IMG/VR virus record: IMGVR_UViG_3300037424_000314
Location: 1-51,507 of that record
Reading direction: 5' to 3' (one strand)
DNA from: a virus
Length of the DNA stretch: 51,507 nucleotides
The position numbers and the translations under genes are program-made. The notes under the pieces were generated by a model. It was not told the origin of the DNA. It saw nothing but the letters and a program-made list of their open reading frames with translations, and did not search any database. Shown in pieces: positions 24,312 through 33,316 of the stretch (its first letter is position 1; each line of letters starts with the position of its first letter).

Positions 24312-24566
24312 ATGCCATCCAGGGCTGGGGCGATCGGCGTTCCGTGGCACAATTGTGATCGATGCGGCATCATGACAAGGACCTCTCAGTTGGTCTTCCA
24401 GAATGGGATGTTTTTGTGTACCATTCGTGGTTGTGTGGACAATCCTGAGGGGTTCAATCGTTATGAACGCATTGCCGAGGTTCTGAGCGATGGAAAGACG
24501 GAGCCCCAACACTGGCTGGAGAACCGAGTCCTGGATGATGGTCTCGATGGTGGAGATCGGGGGTGA
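24312..24566 (+). CDS. Hypothetical Cys-containing protein (84 aa)
   Basis: The ATG at 24312 lies 1 nt after the upstream TAA. Motifs CDRCG...CTIRGC. Confidence 0.5.
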   Translation: MPSRAGAIGVPWHNCDRCGIMTRTSQLVFQNGMFLCTIRGCVDNPEGFNRYERIAEVLSDGKTEPQHWLENRVLDDGLDGGDRG

Positions 24567-24569
24567 TCC

Positions 24570-24728
24570 ATGCCGCTTAAAAAGGGTACGTCAAAGAAGG
24601 CATTCTCAGAGAATGTGATGGCCGAGATGCATGCTGGGAAGCCGCAGAAACAGGCCGTGGCCATCGCATATTCAATGCAACGACAGATGCGAAAGCACTC
24701 ACGACCTAACGCACCTAAGAAGGGGTAG
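24570..24728 (+). CDS. 52-aa basic protein with a KPQKQAVAIAYS motif
   Basis: Hand translation gives MPLKKGTSKKAFSENVMAEMHAGKPQKQAVAIAYSMQRQMRKHSRPNAPKKG. It resembles a widespread family of small basic proteins with a GKPxKQA[IV]AIA motif (from memory, not verified). It has the same GGGGGTGATCCATG initiation element. Confidence 0.5.
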   Translation: MPLKKGTSKKAFSENVMAEMHAGKPQKQAVAIAYSMQRQMRKHSRPNAPKKG

Positions 24729-24731
24729 AAC

Positions 24732-25361
24732 ATGGCATTCAGCCAACCGTGGAATGAGAATGACCCAGCCGACACCGATCTGGCGAATCAGCTTGGTGAC
24801 GACATCAGGGACCTTAAGCTCCAGATTCGGGAGCGGATGGCCGTCGAGCATGAGTTTGCGATCACGGACACCGCCGCTACGGGCTACCATAAGATGGGTT
24901 CAGCCCGCCCGTTTTATCAAGGTTCTCCGCCTGCCAATAACTCTGATGCTCCGGGGGCCATTTGGGTCAACTCAACTACCGGGGCTGCCTTCCGGGATAA
25001 TGGGGCTACATGGGATGACTTAGCCTTTGGCGTGCCACAGGGCGGCATCATCATGTGGTCAGGCCTTATTGCCGATATCCCGGCAGGTTATAAGCTCTGT
25101 GATGGGACGGCGGGCACCCCTGATCTTCGTGATCGATTTGTTCGTGGGGCGGCGGCCGGTGTAGATCCTGGAACCATCGCTGGTTCAGATACCCATGCAC
25201 ACGTGATGGGGCCCATGACCGCCGCATCTTCAGTGGTGACGGTGGACGTGTCGGTACCCACGGTGAACGTGGCCACGGCAGGACATAACCATCAGGATTT
25301 TTCTGACAGTCAGCCCAATATCCCTGTCTACTTCGCCGTTGCGTTTATCATGAAGGCGTGA
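24732..25361 (+). CDS. Tail fibre protein with a phage tail-collar domain
   Basis: GGIIMWSGLIADIPAGYKLCDGTAGTPDLRDRFVRGA is the classic tail-collar signature (G-x-I-x-x-W...IP-x-G-[WY]-x-LCDG...PDLR-x-RF). Confidence 0.85.
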   Translation: MAFSQPWNENDPADTDLANQLGDDIRDLKLQIRERMAVEHEFAITDTAATGYHKMGSARPFYQGSPPANNSDAPGAIWVNSTTGAAFRDNGATWDDLAFGVPQGGIIMWSGLIADIPAGYKLCDGTAGTPDLRDRFVRGAAAGVDPGTIAGSDTHAHVMGPMTAASSVVTVDVSVPTVNVATAGHNHQDFSDSQPNIPVYFAVAFIMKA

Positions 25362-25363
25362 TT

Positions 25364-25801
25364 ATGAATTATCGAGGTTGGTTTAAGGTAACCACTAAAC
25401 ACGGTACCTGGATTCTTAAGAATCAGGAGACTGACGTCCTGCGCCGATTGACTGTCACCGCATGGAATGGTACTACGCTTCAACCATTTATATATCTGGC
25501 GATTGGCACCGATGACACGATCCCAGACCGTACACAGACGGCACTCTTTGCTGAGATTTTAAGATTTCTTGCGGTATCCACCATCGAGACAACCGCCGTG
25601 GCGGGGGATACCCTTCATCTGACTGTTCAATTTGTCGCCGGTATCACGTTAAGTTTATTTGAATTAGGCGTGTTTGATGCATTGGCTGGTGGTAACATGG
25701 CTGCGCGGGCAGTTCATATTGATGAGAATGGGGACTCATCTGCCTTTAACATTGGTGTGGGTGAGGGAATCATGTTGGAGTATTATCTTCAGGCCTTATA
25801 G
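25364..25801 (+). CDS. Tail-fibre-associated protein (P2 gpH N-terminal-like pattern, tentative)
   Basis: The ATG at 25364 follows the upstream TGA. YLAIGTDDTIPDRTQTALFAEI...ELGVFDALAGGNMAARA resembles the conserved N-terminal tail-fibre domain pattern (IAxGxG...T-x-L-x-xE...E-x-G-[LV]-[FY]-D). Confidence 0.4.
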   Translation: MNYRGWFKVTTKHGTWILKNQETDVLRRLTVTAWNGTTLQPFIYLAIGTDDTIPDRTQTALFAEILRFLAVSTIETTAVAGDTLHLTVQFVAGITLSLFELGVFDALAGGNMAARAVHIDENGDSSAFNIGVGEGIMLEYYLQAL

Positions 25802-25810
25802 GAGAATGCC

Positions 25811-26668
25811 ATGGCTGCTGGTGACGCTGTTCCAGTTCCTCGTAAGGGCGTGGCCTACCGCGCTTACTTTGAGATTCAAAACACGGCCGGTGCTCTTATC
25901 TCTGGCGCTACCGGCCTGGACTCTGAGGTTGATCTCGACGGCGCTGGCTATGCAGACTGTACTAATGAGGCTACTGAGATCGGTGCATCAGGTACCTACT
26001 TCTTAGACCTGACCGCCGCTGAGATGAATGCGGACCATGTGATGGTGATTGTGAACACCACCTCGGTCAACGCAATCATCCCAGTGCTCAATATCTACCC
26101 AGAGTCCTTGGGTGACTACCGCGTCAACGTGGGCCAGTGGTTCGGTACTGATATTCCAGGCGTTGACACCGCAGGCTATCCAGTGGTCACCGTCAAGGAC
26201 GGTGCAGGCGCTGGTGAGATCAATACACTCGGCGGCGCGGTATTTGTGGACGCCACGCAATTGGCCGCGGCGGTTGCAGCCGTGATTGCGGGGATCTTGA
26301 CCACACCTGGCCAGACCATTGACACGACCGTATTAGGTGAGGTGACGGTGGACCCAGCGCAGTTAACAGCACTGGTAACCTCCATCGCGACTGCCATCCT
26401 GATCACGCCGGCCAATAAGCTATTGACTGATGCCGCCGGTCGCGTCGAGTTGCAGGCCGACGGTATAGACCAGATAGTCGTTGAGACTGGGGTGAATGCT
26501 CGCCAGTGCTTGTCGGCACTTGGGGCTGCCCTCGCGGGTGTCTTGGCGGGTGTTGGTACTGGCTCAATCACCTTTGAGGCAATTGGGAATCCAGGCACGG
26601 TACGCATCACCTGCGTAAATGACCTGCTTGGTAATCGCAACACGGTTGTGCTTAATTTACCGGTGTGA
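25811..26668 (+). CDS. Hypothetical structural protein (285 aa, Ala/Gly/Val/Thr-rich)
   Basis: SD TAGGAGAA. No family recognised. Confidence 0.6.
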   Translation: MAAGDAVPVPRKGVAYRAYFEIQNTAGALISGATGLDSEVDLDGAGYADCTNEATEIGASGTYFLDLTAAEMNADHVMVIVNTTSVNAIIPVLNIYPESLGDYRVNVGQWFGTDIPGVDTAGYPVVTVKDGAGAGEINTLGGAVFVDATQLAAAVAAVIAGILTTPGQTIDTTVLGEVTVDPAQLTALVTSIATAILITPANKLLTDAAGRVELQADGIDQIVVETGVNARQCLSALGAALAGVLAGVGTGSITFEAIGNPGTVRITCVNDLLGNRNTVVLNLPV

Positions 26669-26669
26669 T

Positions 26670-26903
26670 ATGTTTCCTAAACCCTATTTTCCAGATAACT
26701 ACTTCACTCAGGAATACTTCCCGAGTGGATCATCGGTCTCAGTGTTTCAAAACTTTACGGCACGTGACGGGGTCCATGTAGCTGATACGAAGTTTTCAGG
26801 TGAGCGAGAGTCATTTGATTGGACCAGGGAAAAGGACGTCGTTGATATTCAGGAGGTTAATGAGGGATGGGATACCGAAACTGGAAAACTACCACCAAGA
26901 TAA
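26670..26903 (+). CDS. Hypothetical protein (77 aa)
   Basis: The ATG at 26670 lies 1 nt after the upstream TGA (MFPKPYFPDNYFTQEYFPSG...). Confidence 0.5.
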   Translation: MFPKPYFPDNYFTQEYFPSGSSVSVFQNFTARDGVHVADTKFSGERESFDWTREKDVVDIQEVNEGWDTETGKLPPR

Positions 26904-28987
26904 TTACACTGCTTGCGGTCTTCTGTGTTTTGTTGTTTCCAGAGAACCTATGGTCTGCGACATTTGAGCACTTCATTTATCAGGTCAGGAAGACCAACGG
27001 CGACGTGGCCCCTGGGGTAAACGTCAATGTTTATGCTCCTGGTACTAGTACTCGGCAAACGGTCTTTAGCAATATCACTGGTACGACGATCAAGTCCCAA
27101 CCATTGATCACAGATAGCCTTGGTAACGTAGACTTCTACATTGGTGACTCGGTTGTCGACATCCTGTTCACTGGTGGGACCATCCCGACATATAAGTTGT
27201 TGAATGTCACACTCACGGCATTGGCCACGGCGGGCGTGCTAACCGTACCTAACGGTGGAACTGGAGCAGCTACCTTTACGCTGAATACGGTGCTACTGGG
27301 CAATGGCACTCTCCCCATAAAGACTAGCTCCGTTGGGTTGGCTAACCAGGTCTTTCGTGTCCCAGCAGCAGGCGGCCAACCTGATTTTGGTACGGTGAAC
27401 CTGAGCTCGTCAGCCGCGGTGTCAGGCGTACTGCCCACTGCAAACGGCGGTACAGGGTCAAGTTCAGGTTCATCGCTTTCAGTAGAGGAGATAGATGGCT
27501 CACCTGATGTCCCTGGCGTGACCAATATTAAGGTATCTAATGGTACTTTAATTGATAACGGAAGCGGATCTGTCACGGTCACGACGGGTGGCGGTGGCAC
27601 GACTCCACCATTCATCGATACTACAAGTTTAGTTAAGGGGTCTATAGATGACTCAAAGCAGATACGGTTTGAGGTCGATGGCAATACCACTAGCACAATA
27701 CGGGTCATTACACCTCCAAATGCAGATGTCGTACTGGCGGCCACCGACTTCTTGAATTTGTGGGGAGATGGCATCAAGCAGACCTTTAACCCAAACGGTA
27801 CCAATGCTGGTCTTAATGTCGGCACCCATACGGCTGATCCATCAGTGGGTGTGAATGGCGATCAGTACTATGACTCGGTTCTTAATAAGTTTAGATGCCA
27901 TGAAAACGGAGCTTGGGGTGATTGCATCTCGGCTGGTACATCTCCAGGTGGCGCTACGACAAATGTACAGTACAATGATGCTGGTGCTTTTGGCGGTGAT
28001 GCTGATTTCGTTTTTGATGATACTAACAAGTTTGTTGGTATCGGGACAACTGCCGCCCTGACGGATGAGGGTCTGAGCGTCGCGAGCGCCGGAACCCACA
28101 ACGGGGTGATCAGCTCACAACGCTCTGACGATGACGCGCCTCCAGGAAATAGTCCGGGCTTTAGGAGTTATAAATCTCGAGGAACTGTAGCCTTACCGAC
28201 GGCGGTACAGTCAGGTGATTGGTTGCTTGGTCTTTCTGTCAACGCGTATGACGGGTCAGGTTTTTTTGGTCAAGGGCGTATTTACAACGAGGCTACTCAG
28301 AACTGGACAGGATCAGCACGCGGTAATCGATGGGTATTTAGCACCACCGCAAATGGCAGCACGACGATCACTGATCGTGCCACGCTTCGTGATAATGGTT
28401 ATTTTGCGGTAGGAATTCAAGGTACCCATGGTATTGGTCTTGTTGGGGCCACCTCACTTGCGAACGTTAGTTATGGATTCGCATCACAACTTATTGGGTA
28501 CCGTGCTAACACCAGTGAGGCTGCCTCAACCTCTTTAGGCAGTGGCGAGGACATTCATAAGTACTTAATTCAAGGTAAGTGTGGTTCTACCGAGCAGTGT
28601 AACGGCGCTGAGATCAGATTTAGTACGTCTGAGGCCTGGTCAAGTGCTAATAACACTGGAACACACATCAGATTCTTTACCTCTCATACTGATAATCCTG
28701 GGGTTCCTGTGGAACGGGTGGTTATCAGGAATACCGGCCAGATCAGGATTAAGGAGGGCACCGACGCGATGATGGGCACGGCTAATCTGGCTGCAGGCAC
28801 GGCGACAGTGAATAATGCTTTGGTAACGGCCAACTCAAGGATCTTTCTAACTAGTCAGGTTGATGGCGGCACCCCAGGATTTTTACGGGTGTCAGCGCGA
28901 ACTGCGGGTACAAGTTTTACAATCACTAGCTCTGACGCGGCGGACACCAGCACCGTTGCATGGATCATCTTCGACCCGACACCTTGA
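26867..28987 (+). CDS. Large tail fibre/receptor-binding protein with an N-terminal hydrophobic segment
   Basis: 706 aa. AGGAGG lies 10 nt upstream of the ATG. The motifs LTVPNGGTGAATF and GVLPTANGGTGSS are characteristic of phage fibre shafts. The N-terminus KIITLLAVFCVLLF is signal- or anchor-like. Confidence 0.7.
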   Translation: MGYRNWKTTTKIITLLAVFCVLLFPENLWSATFEHFIYQVRKTNGDVAPGVNVNVYAPGTSTRQTVFSNITGTTIKSQPLITDSLGNVDFYIGDSVVDILFTGGTIPTYKLLNVTLTALATAGVLTVPNGGTGAATFTLNTVLLGNGTLPIKTSSVGLANQVFRVPAAGGQPDFGTVNLSSSAAVSGVLPTANGGTGSSSGSSLSVEEIDGSPDVPGVTNIKVSNGTLIDNGSGSVTVTTGGGGTTPPFIDTTSLVKGSIDDSKQIRFEVDGNTTSTIRVITPPNADVVLAATDFLNLWGDGIKQTFNPNGTNAGLNVGTHTADPSVGVNGDQYYDSVLNKFRCHENGAWGDCISAGTSPGGATTNVQYNDAGAFGGDADFVFDDTNKFVGIGTTAALTDEGLSVASAGTHNGVISSQRSDDDAPPGNSPGFRSYKSRGTVALPTAVQSGDWLLGLSVNAYDGSGFFGQGRIYNEATQNWTGSARGNRWVFSTTANGSTTITDRATLRDNGYFAVGIQGTHGIGLVGATSLANVSYGFASQLIGYRANTSEAASTSLGSGEDIHKYLIQGKCGSTEQCNGAEIRFSTSEAWSSANNTGTHIRFFTSHTDNPGVPVERVVIRNTGQIRIKEGTDAMMGTANLAAGTATVNNALVTANSRIFLTSQVDGGTPGFLRVSARTAGTSFTITSSDAADTSTVAWIIFDPTP

Positions 28988-28988
28988 T

Positions 28989-30512
28989 ATGCCACCTAGA
29001 CAGCCGCGGTTACAACAACTTGTGCAGGCCTGCCCGTTCGGTGGGATCAATCTAGAGCTACCACCGTGGCGGATTGAGGATAAGGACTTTCAGAACATCG
29101 CGAACTTCTTCTGTACTGAGAAGGATCTTCGTACCCGTCCTGAACCTTTCTTCACCGCGGTCTCGGATGAGGCGATCAATGGGCAGATTGACGGGTATGA
29201 CATCGACGGTATCCGGCACTTTTTGCTGGCGACCAAGACAAAGGCCTACGGGTACATCGGAACGAACTGGCAACAGTTGACGGGCACGCTGACCGCGACT
29301 GACCTTAACCTGTACACCGGCACGTCGCTGCAGGGGATGATCCTCTTCGCGAATGGCGTTGATAAGATCAAGCTATGGGACGGGGTCTCTGGTGCCTTTA
29401 CCGATGAGAATGTGAACGCGCCAATCGCCAAGTTCATTACGACGTTCGGCAACCGTGTGATTGCTGGCTTCACGGTAGAGGGAGGTAACCCATTCCCACA
29501 GCGCATTCGATACACGGTGGATAGCTTCCCACAGGATTGGGTTGGTGTGGGCTCTGGATTCCAGGACATCATCGAGGGCACGGACCCGCTCACGGGCTTA
29601 GTTGTGCTCACCAACCGTTTGACGATGATGTTCCCTGAACGGATCGTGTTCGCGGACCGGACGTTTGATGCTTTGAATCCGTTTACGTACATCAACTATA
29701 GTAAGGAGGGTGTCGGGAACATCTGCCCTTACTCATTGGCCCAGTGGGGAAACATCAGCTGCTTTGTGGGCCGAGATGACGTGTACATGTTCGATGCACA
29801 AACCCACCAGCGGATTGGGAACAAATCAAGGAAGGCGATCCTCAATGATATCTTTCAGGGGAATTTTGACCTGGTCATGGGTGGGATCACTGATAGCACG
29901 GCGGGTCGGGACTTTCTGACCTACTGGTTGATCATGCCAAACGGTGCGATCTGGACCTATGACTTTGGCACACAGGCCTGGACAAGGCAGTATTTTACTG
30001 GGCGTAAGGCCACCTCAGTTGGGCGGTTCAAGACGATTCATGGGGTTCGTATCATTGACCTAGTAGGCACGATCGCCGCTCAAAATTGGGTCATTAACCT
30101 GGCGGGCGCGCAGATCAGCGCGGATAACCTGACGTTAGGTTTCTCAAACGGTCAGATCGGTGAACTTGATTATAGTGAGGTAATCAATGATACCTGGGTG
30201 ATAGGCCCAAGTAAAGAGTTCGACTATGGCCAATCAGCATGGAACAAAACTCTGAAAAGGATACAGTTCGTTTACCGGGATCTTGGTATCGGCCAAGCCG
30301 AGCTGACATTGTCGAACGAATTCGGAAACACGGTGGTGTTGACTGTATCGTTCGGTGTGCTTGGTACCGGAACTATCAAGAACAAGATCATCGATTTTAC
30401 GCTGTCGGGTACAAGGTTGTCATGGACTCTGACAGGAAATTTTCCAATCGCGATTCAGGAAGTGGTTCACAGCTTTTTTATCAGAGGACCCCTCCTAGCG
30501 AGGCAGGCATGA
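28989..30512 (+). CDS. Tail structural protein (507 aa; possible nozzle/tail-tubular-type protein)
   Basis: The ATG at 28989 lies 1 nt after the upstream TGA. It is a large beta-rich protein between the fibre and adaptor-like genes. The call rests on position only. Confidence 0.4.
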   Translation: MPPRQPRLQQLVQACPFGGINLELPPWRIEDKDFQNIANFFCTEKDLRTRPEPFFTAVSDEAINGQIDGYDIDGIRHFLLATKTKAYGYIGTNWQQLTGTLTATDLNLYTGTSLQGMILFANGVDKIKLWDGVSGAFTDENVNAPIAKFITTFGNRVIAGFTVEGGNPFPQRIRYTVDSFPQDWVGVGSGFQDIIEGTDPLTGLVVLTNRLTMMFPERIVFADRTFDALNPFTYINYSKEGVGNICPYSLAQWGNISCFVGRDDVYMFDAQTHQRIGNKSRKAILNDIFQGNFDLVMGGITDSTAGRDFLTYWLIMPNGAIWTYDFGTQAWTRQYFTGRKATSVGRFKTIHGVRIIDLVGTIAAQNWVINLAGAQISADNLTLGFSNGQIGELDYSEVINDTWVIGPSKEFDYGQSAWNKTLKRIQFVYRDLGIGQAELTLSNEFGNTVVLTVSFGVLGTGTIKNKIIDFTLSGTRLSWTLTGNFPIAIQEVVHSFFIRGPLLARQA

Positions 30513-30883
30513 GAGCACCGGAGCAATTAGATGTTTCAAATTCTGGCAACCCTCAGGATTACACAAGCCTCATTGACCGCTTCCGTCAGGCGACAAAGAG
30601 GTATGTTGAGCGTCTTGCGAACATTCTCAATGGTCAAATTAGTTTTGGGAATGGTACTGCTCTGGATAATATGCAGGGGAGGTGGGTCAATGTTGTCACG
30701 CCCGTTGCTCCCGATACTGATTTTACTGTTGCTCACTCTCTTGGTAGAATTCCTGTGGGTTTTATCACGGTGCAGGTTGATAAGGCTGGAGTTATCTACC
30801 TTGGAACGGTCGCGGCGACAACCACCGACCTCACACTTAAGTGTAGTGCCGCGTCAACGACCATAAGAATCTTCGTGATCTAA
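30509..30883 (+). CDS. Hypothetical tail-module protein (124 aa)
   Basis: ATGA overlap at 30509-30512. No family recognised. Confidence 0.55.
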   Translation: MRAPEQLDVSNSGNPQDYTSLIDRFRQATKRYVERLANILNGQISFGNGTALDNMQGRWVNVVTPVAPDTDFTVAHSLGRIPVGFITVQVDKAGVIYLGTVAATTTDLTLKCSAASTTIRIFVI

Positions 30884-30884
30884 T

Positions 30885-31556
30885 ATGGCAACGATCAATG
30901 ACAGTGTAGACAACGTCGTAAAGCGGATGAACCGTAATGATGTGGATATCAATGCTTCGGCAATTACGTGGCTGTGTCAAGCGTATACTGACATCGCGTC
31001 GAGATACCCGTTTGTCGAGTTTCAACGGTACTTTAACCGGGCCACCGTACAGGGCCAGCGTGAGTACCCGCTTCCTGATGGTGTGCGTGCCGTATTGGCC
31101 GTAACCTTGCAGGATATTAGCATCACGAATTCAAACGGAACGCCGTTAACGAGGCGGTTGAAGAAGACTTCATTTAGGGAGGTGGTCAAGGCGAACTTTA
31201 ATGTGGCATCGGCACCATACCGCTATGCCAGATGGAATGATAAGCTATTCGCAGATCCTATCCCAGACCGTAGCACCTATAACATCGTCATCTATGCATG
31301 GGTCTATCCGGACGTGTCAGCACTAGAAAACACGACTGTGATGATCCCACCTGAATGGGTTGAGGTGATGGAGTGGGAGGCGGTGTGGCGCGGTCATAAT
31401 GAGCAGCTCGACTATGATGCAGCACGCCACGTCATGGAGAAGGTGATCGTGCCCATGACAACCTTAAGGTATCGTAACCTTAAGAGCTACATTGAGCTGC
31501 AGGATTGGGACGTCCCAGTAGCGCAACTTGTCCAACGGAGCACACCTGCCAAGTAA
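30885..31556 (+). CDS. Putative head-tail adaptor / tail-tubular-A-like protein (223 aa)
   Basis: Its size and position directly before the internal-protein genes resemble T7 gp11-type adaptors. No motif-level support. Confidence 0.35.
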   Translation: MATINDSVDNVVKRMNRNDVDINASAITWLCQAYTDIASRYPFVEFQRYFNRATVQGQREYPLPDGVRAVLAVTLQDISITNSNGTPLTRRLKKTSFREVVKANFNVASAPYRYARWNDKLFADPIPDRSTYNIVIYAWVYPDVSALENTTVMIPPEWVEVMEWEAVWRGHNEQLDYDAARHVMEKVIVPMTTLRYRNLKSYIELQDWDVPVAQLVQRSTPAK

Positions 31557-31566
31557 AGGAGAGTTT

Positions 31567-32028
31567 ATGGAAGCAGCCGTGCGTACTATCAGACAGCTCC
31601 AGACAGCTGAATTACCGCTGATCCTGGATATGGCCCACAAATTTTTTGAAGAGGCCAACGTCGGTGGGGAGTTCAATGATGAGATCTTCATCCTGTCTTG
31701 GGCTGGTTTCATGAAGTCAGGAAATGGGGCAATCTTTATCTTGAGCGAGAATGAGCAGATCAAGGGCGCAATTGGTGGCCTCACTTATCGGGAGATCAAC
31801 ACCGGTAAGTCGATGGCCTTGGAGACATTTTTCTACGTTGACCATGAGTATCGGGACAAGGGGGTTGGTGGACAACTGATCCATCAATTAGAGCAATGGG
31901 CCAAGTCAATGTTCTGCGTGAAGTTAATTATGGCCGCACTAATGAATAAGGACTTTCCAAACGTAGAGAAATTCTACGTTTCGAGGGGCTACAAGCATCT
32001 TGAGGTAAACTTTAGCAAGGAGCTCTAA
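31567..32028 (+). CDS. GNAT-family N-acetyltransferase
   Basis: 153 aa, SD AAGGAGAG. Acetyl-CoA motif A YRDKGVGGQLIHQLEQWAK (R/Q-x-x-G-x-G/A), with the preceding beta-strand pattern ALETFFYVDHE. Confidence 0.85.
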   Translation: MEAAVRTIRQLQTAELPLILDMAHKFFEEANVGGEFNDEIFILSWAGFMKSGNGAIFILSENEQIKGAIGGLTYREINTGKSMALETFFYVDHEYRDKGVGGQLIHQLEQWAKSMFCVKLIMAALMNKDFPNVEKFYVSRGYKHLEVNFSKEL

Positions 32029-32029
32029 G

Positions 32030-33304
32030 ATGATCGCAACTGGTACGGCGTTGGCAGCCGCATTGCCGTCAATCATTGGTGCAGGTGGAGCGGTGGCTGG
32101 TGGTTTACTCGCTGGTCGAAACCAGCAGCAACAGCAGCAGGGTCAGCAGCTCCGGCCGGCTAATCAGGAACTCTACAACTCATGGACCAACTATCTTGGA
32201 GGTCAGATTGGACAGGGGGTCCCAGGCTATGGTGGCCAGTTAACGGCACCATTCAACCCGTACTTTCAAACAGCAGGCGGTTCCGCTGCCCCGTTTCAAG
32301 GTTTGGGTGGTGAGCAGGCCGCGTTGGCCCAGCGATACATGCAACAACCCTCAGTGGGCGCCGGTCAGTTTGTTCGTGAGATGCTCCCAGAGGGTGGCTC
32401 TCAGGCGTTTCAGAGCTATCTCAGTAATATCCCACGCGCGGCCGCGGATGCTCGTCTTGAGTTCGGTCGTGGTGGGACAGGTTATCTGGAAGAGATCGCG
32501 CGTACCGGCATCCCGGTCAGTTCAACTGATGCCTGGACTAACATGCTCGGCGCGCAGGAGCGCGGGATCCAACAGCGTGGGGCGCAGTTGGCCGAGCGTA
32601 CCGCAGGTCCAGGCGGGCGGTTTGGGTCAAGCTATAACCAGGCCATGACAGACTTCCAGGCCCAGACCGCCAAGGACCAGAACGCGCTCATCGCACAGAT
32701 GGTCTACGGCGCTGGTGAGAACGCCGCCGGCAGGAGACTTGGGGCGGCCACAGAACTTGGTCGCCAGGGCTTGGAAGGGATGGGCCTTGGTCTCACGGGC
32801 GCGATCAACGCGGCACAGATTCAATCTCAACAAGAGGCGCGGGATCAAGCACGAGCACAGCTGATGATGCAGGGCTGGGGCCTTGACATCTCAAAGGCAA
32901 GGACCGGGGCAGAGATCGCGAACATGGGAATTCCTGGGTTTAATGCAGGCATGCAGTTGGGGGCAGTTGGCCAGCAGTATGATCAAGAAACCCTCAATCG
33001 TGCTTATTCTGAGTTTATCCGTCAACAGCCATACGCCAACCCGTGGAACCAGTACATTGGGGCGGCGGCCACGCAGTTCCCTGGTCAGATGGCACAGTAT
33101 CCACAGGGTCCTTCTCCATGGGCTGGTGTGGCACAGACTGGTTTAAGCACGTTATTTGGGAGCCCATGGTTCCAGGGCGGTGGTAGCGCAAACACAGGTG
33201 GAGGCGGGTGGAGTGTGCCTGGCTGGGGAACACCTGGTGGTAACCCGGCCACCTTACCAACGGGCCAGGTACCGCCGTGGCTGATGGCACAACCGACCTA
33301 TTAG
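32030..33304 (+). CDS. Gly/Gln-rich internal virion (ejection) protein, putative
   Basis: 424 aa. It has an N-terminal hydrophobic Gly/Ala segment (ALAAALPSIIGAGGAVAGGLLAG), poly-Q and low-complexity Gly/Gln/Ala sequence. It precedes two further large internal-type proteins, as in the T7 gp14-16 arrangement. Confidence 0.5.
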   Translation: MIATGTALAAALPSIIGAGGAVAGGLLAGRNQQQQQQGQQLRPANQELYNSWTNYLGGQIGQGVPGYGGQLTAPFNPYFQTAGGSAAPFQGLGGEQAALAQRYMQQPSVGAGQFVREMLPEGGSQAFQSYLSNIPRAAADARLEFGRGGTGYLEEIARTGIPVSSTDAWTNMLGAQERGIQQRGAQLAERTAGPGGRFGSSYNQAMTDFQAQTAKDQNALIAQMVYGAGENAAGRRLGAATELGRQGLEGMGLGLTGAINAAQIQSQQEARDQARAQLMMQGWGLDISKARTGAEIANMGIPGFNAGMQLGAVGQQYDQETLNRAYSEFIRQQPYANPWNQYIGAAATQFPGQMAQYPQGPSPWAGVAQTGLSTLFGSPWFQGGGSANTGGGGWSVPGWGTPGGNPATLPTGQVPPWLMAQPTY

Positions 33305-33316
33305 GAGGACGCACCA

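Noticed and set aside
24732-28987. Possibility of a diversity-generating retroelement acting on the fibre genes
   Set aside because: No reverse transcriptase gene is recognisable anywhere in the genome. I also saw no template/variable repeat pair with adenine-specific mismatches by eye.
30239-30508. The 5' extension of ORF 30239..30883, overlapping the 3' end of the 507-aa tail protein gene
   Set aside because: Only the part from the ATG at 30509 (ATGA overlap with the upstream stop) looks like a real gene. The extension is an out-of-frame read-through of the preceding CDS.
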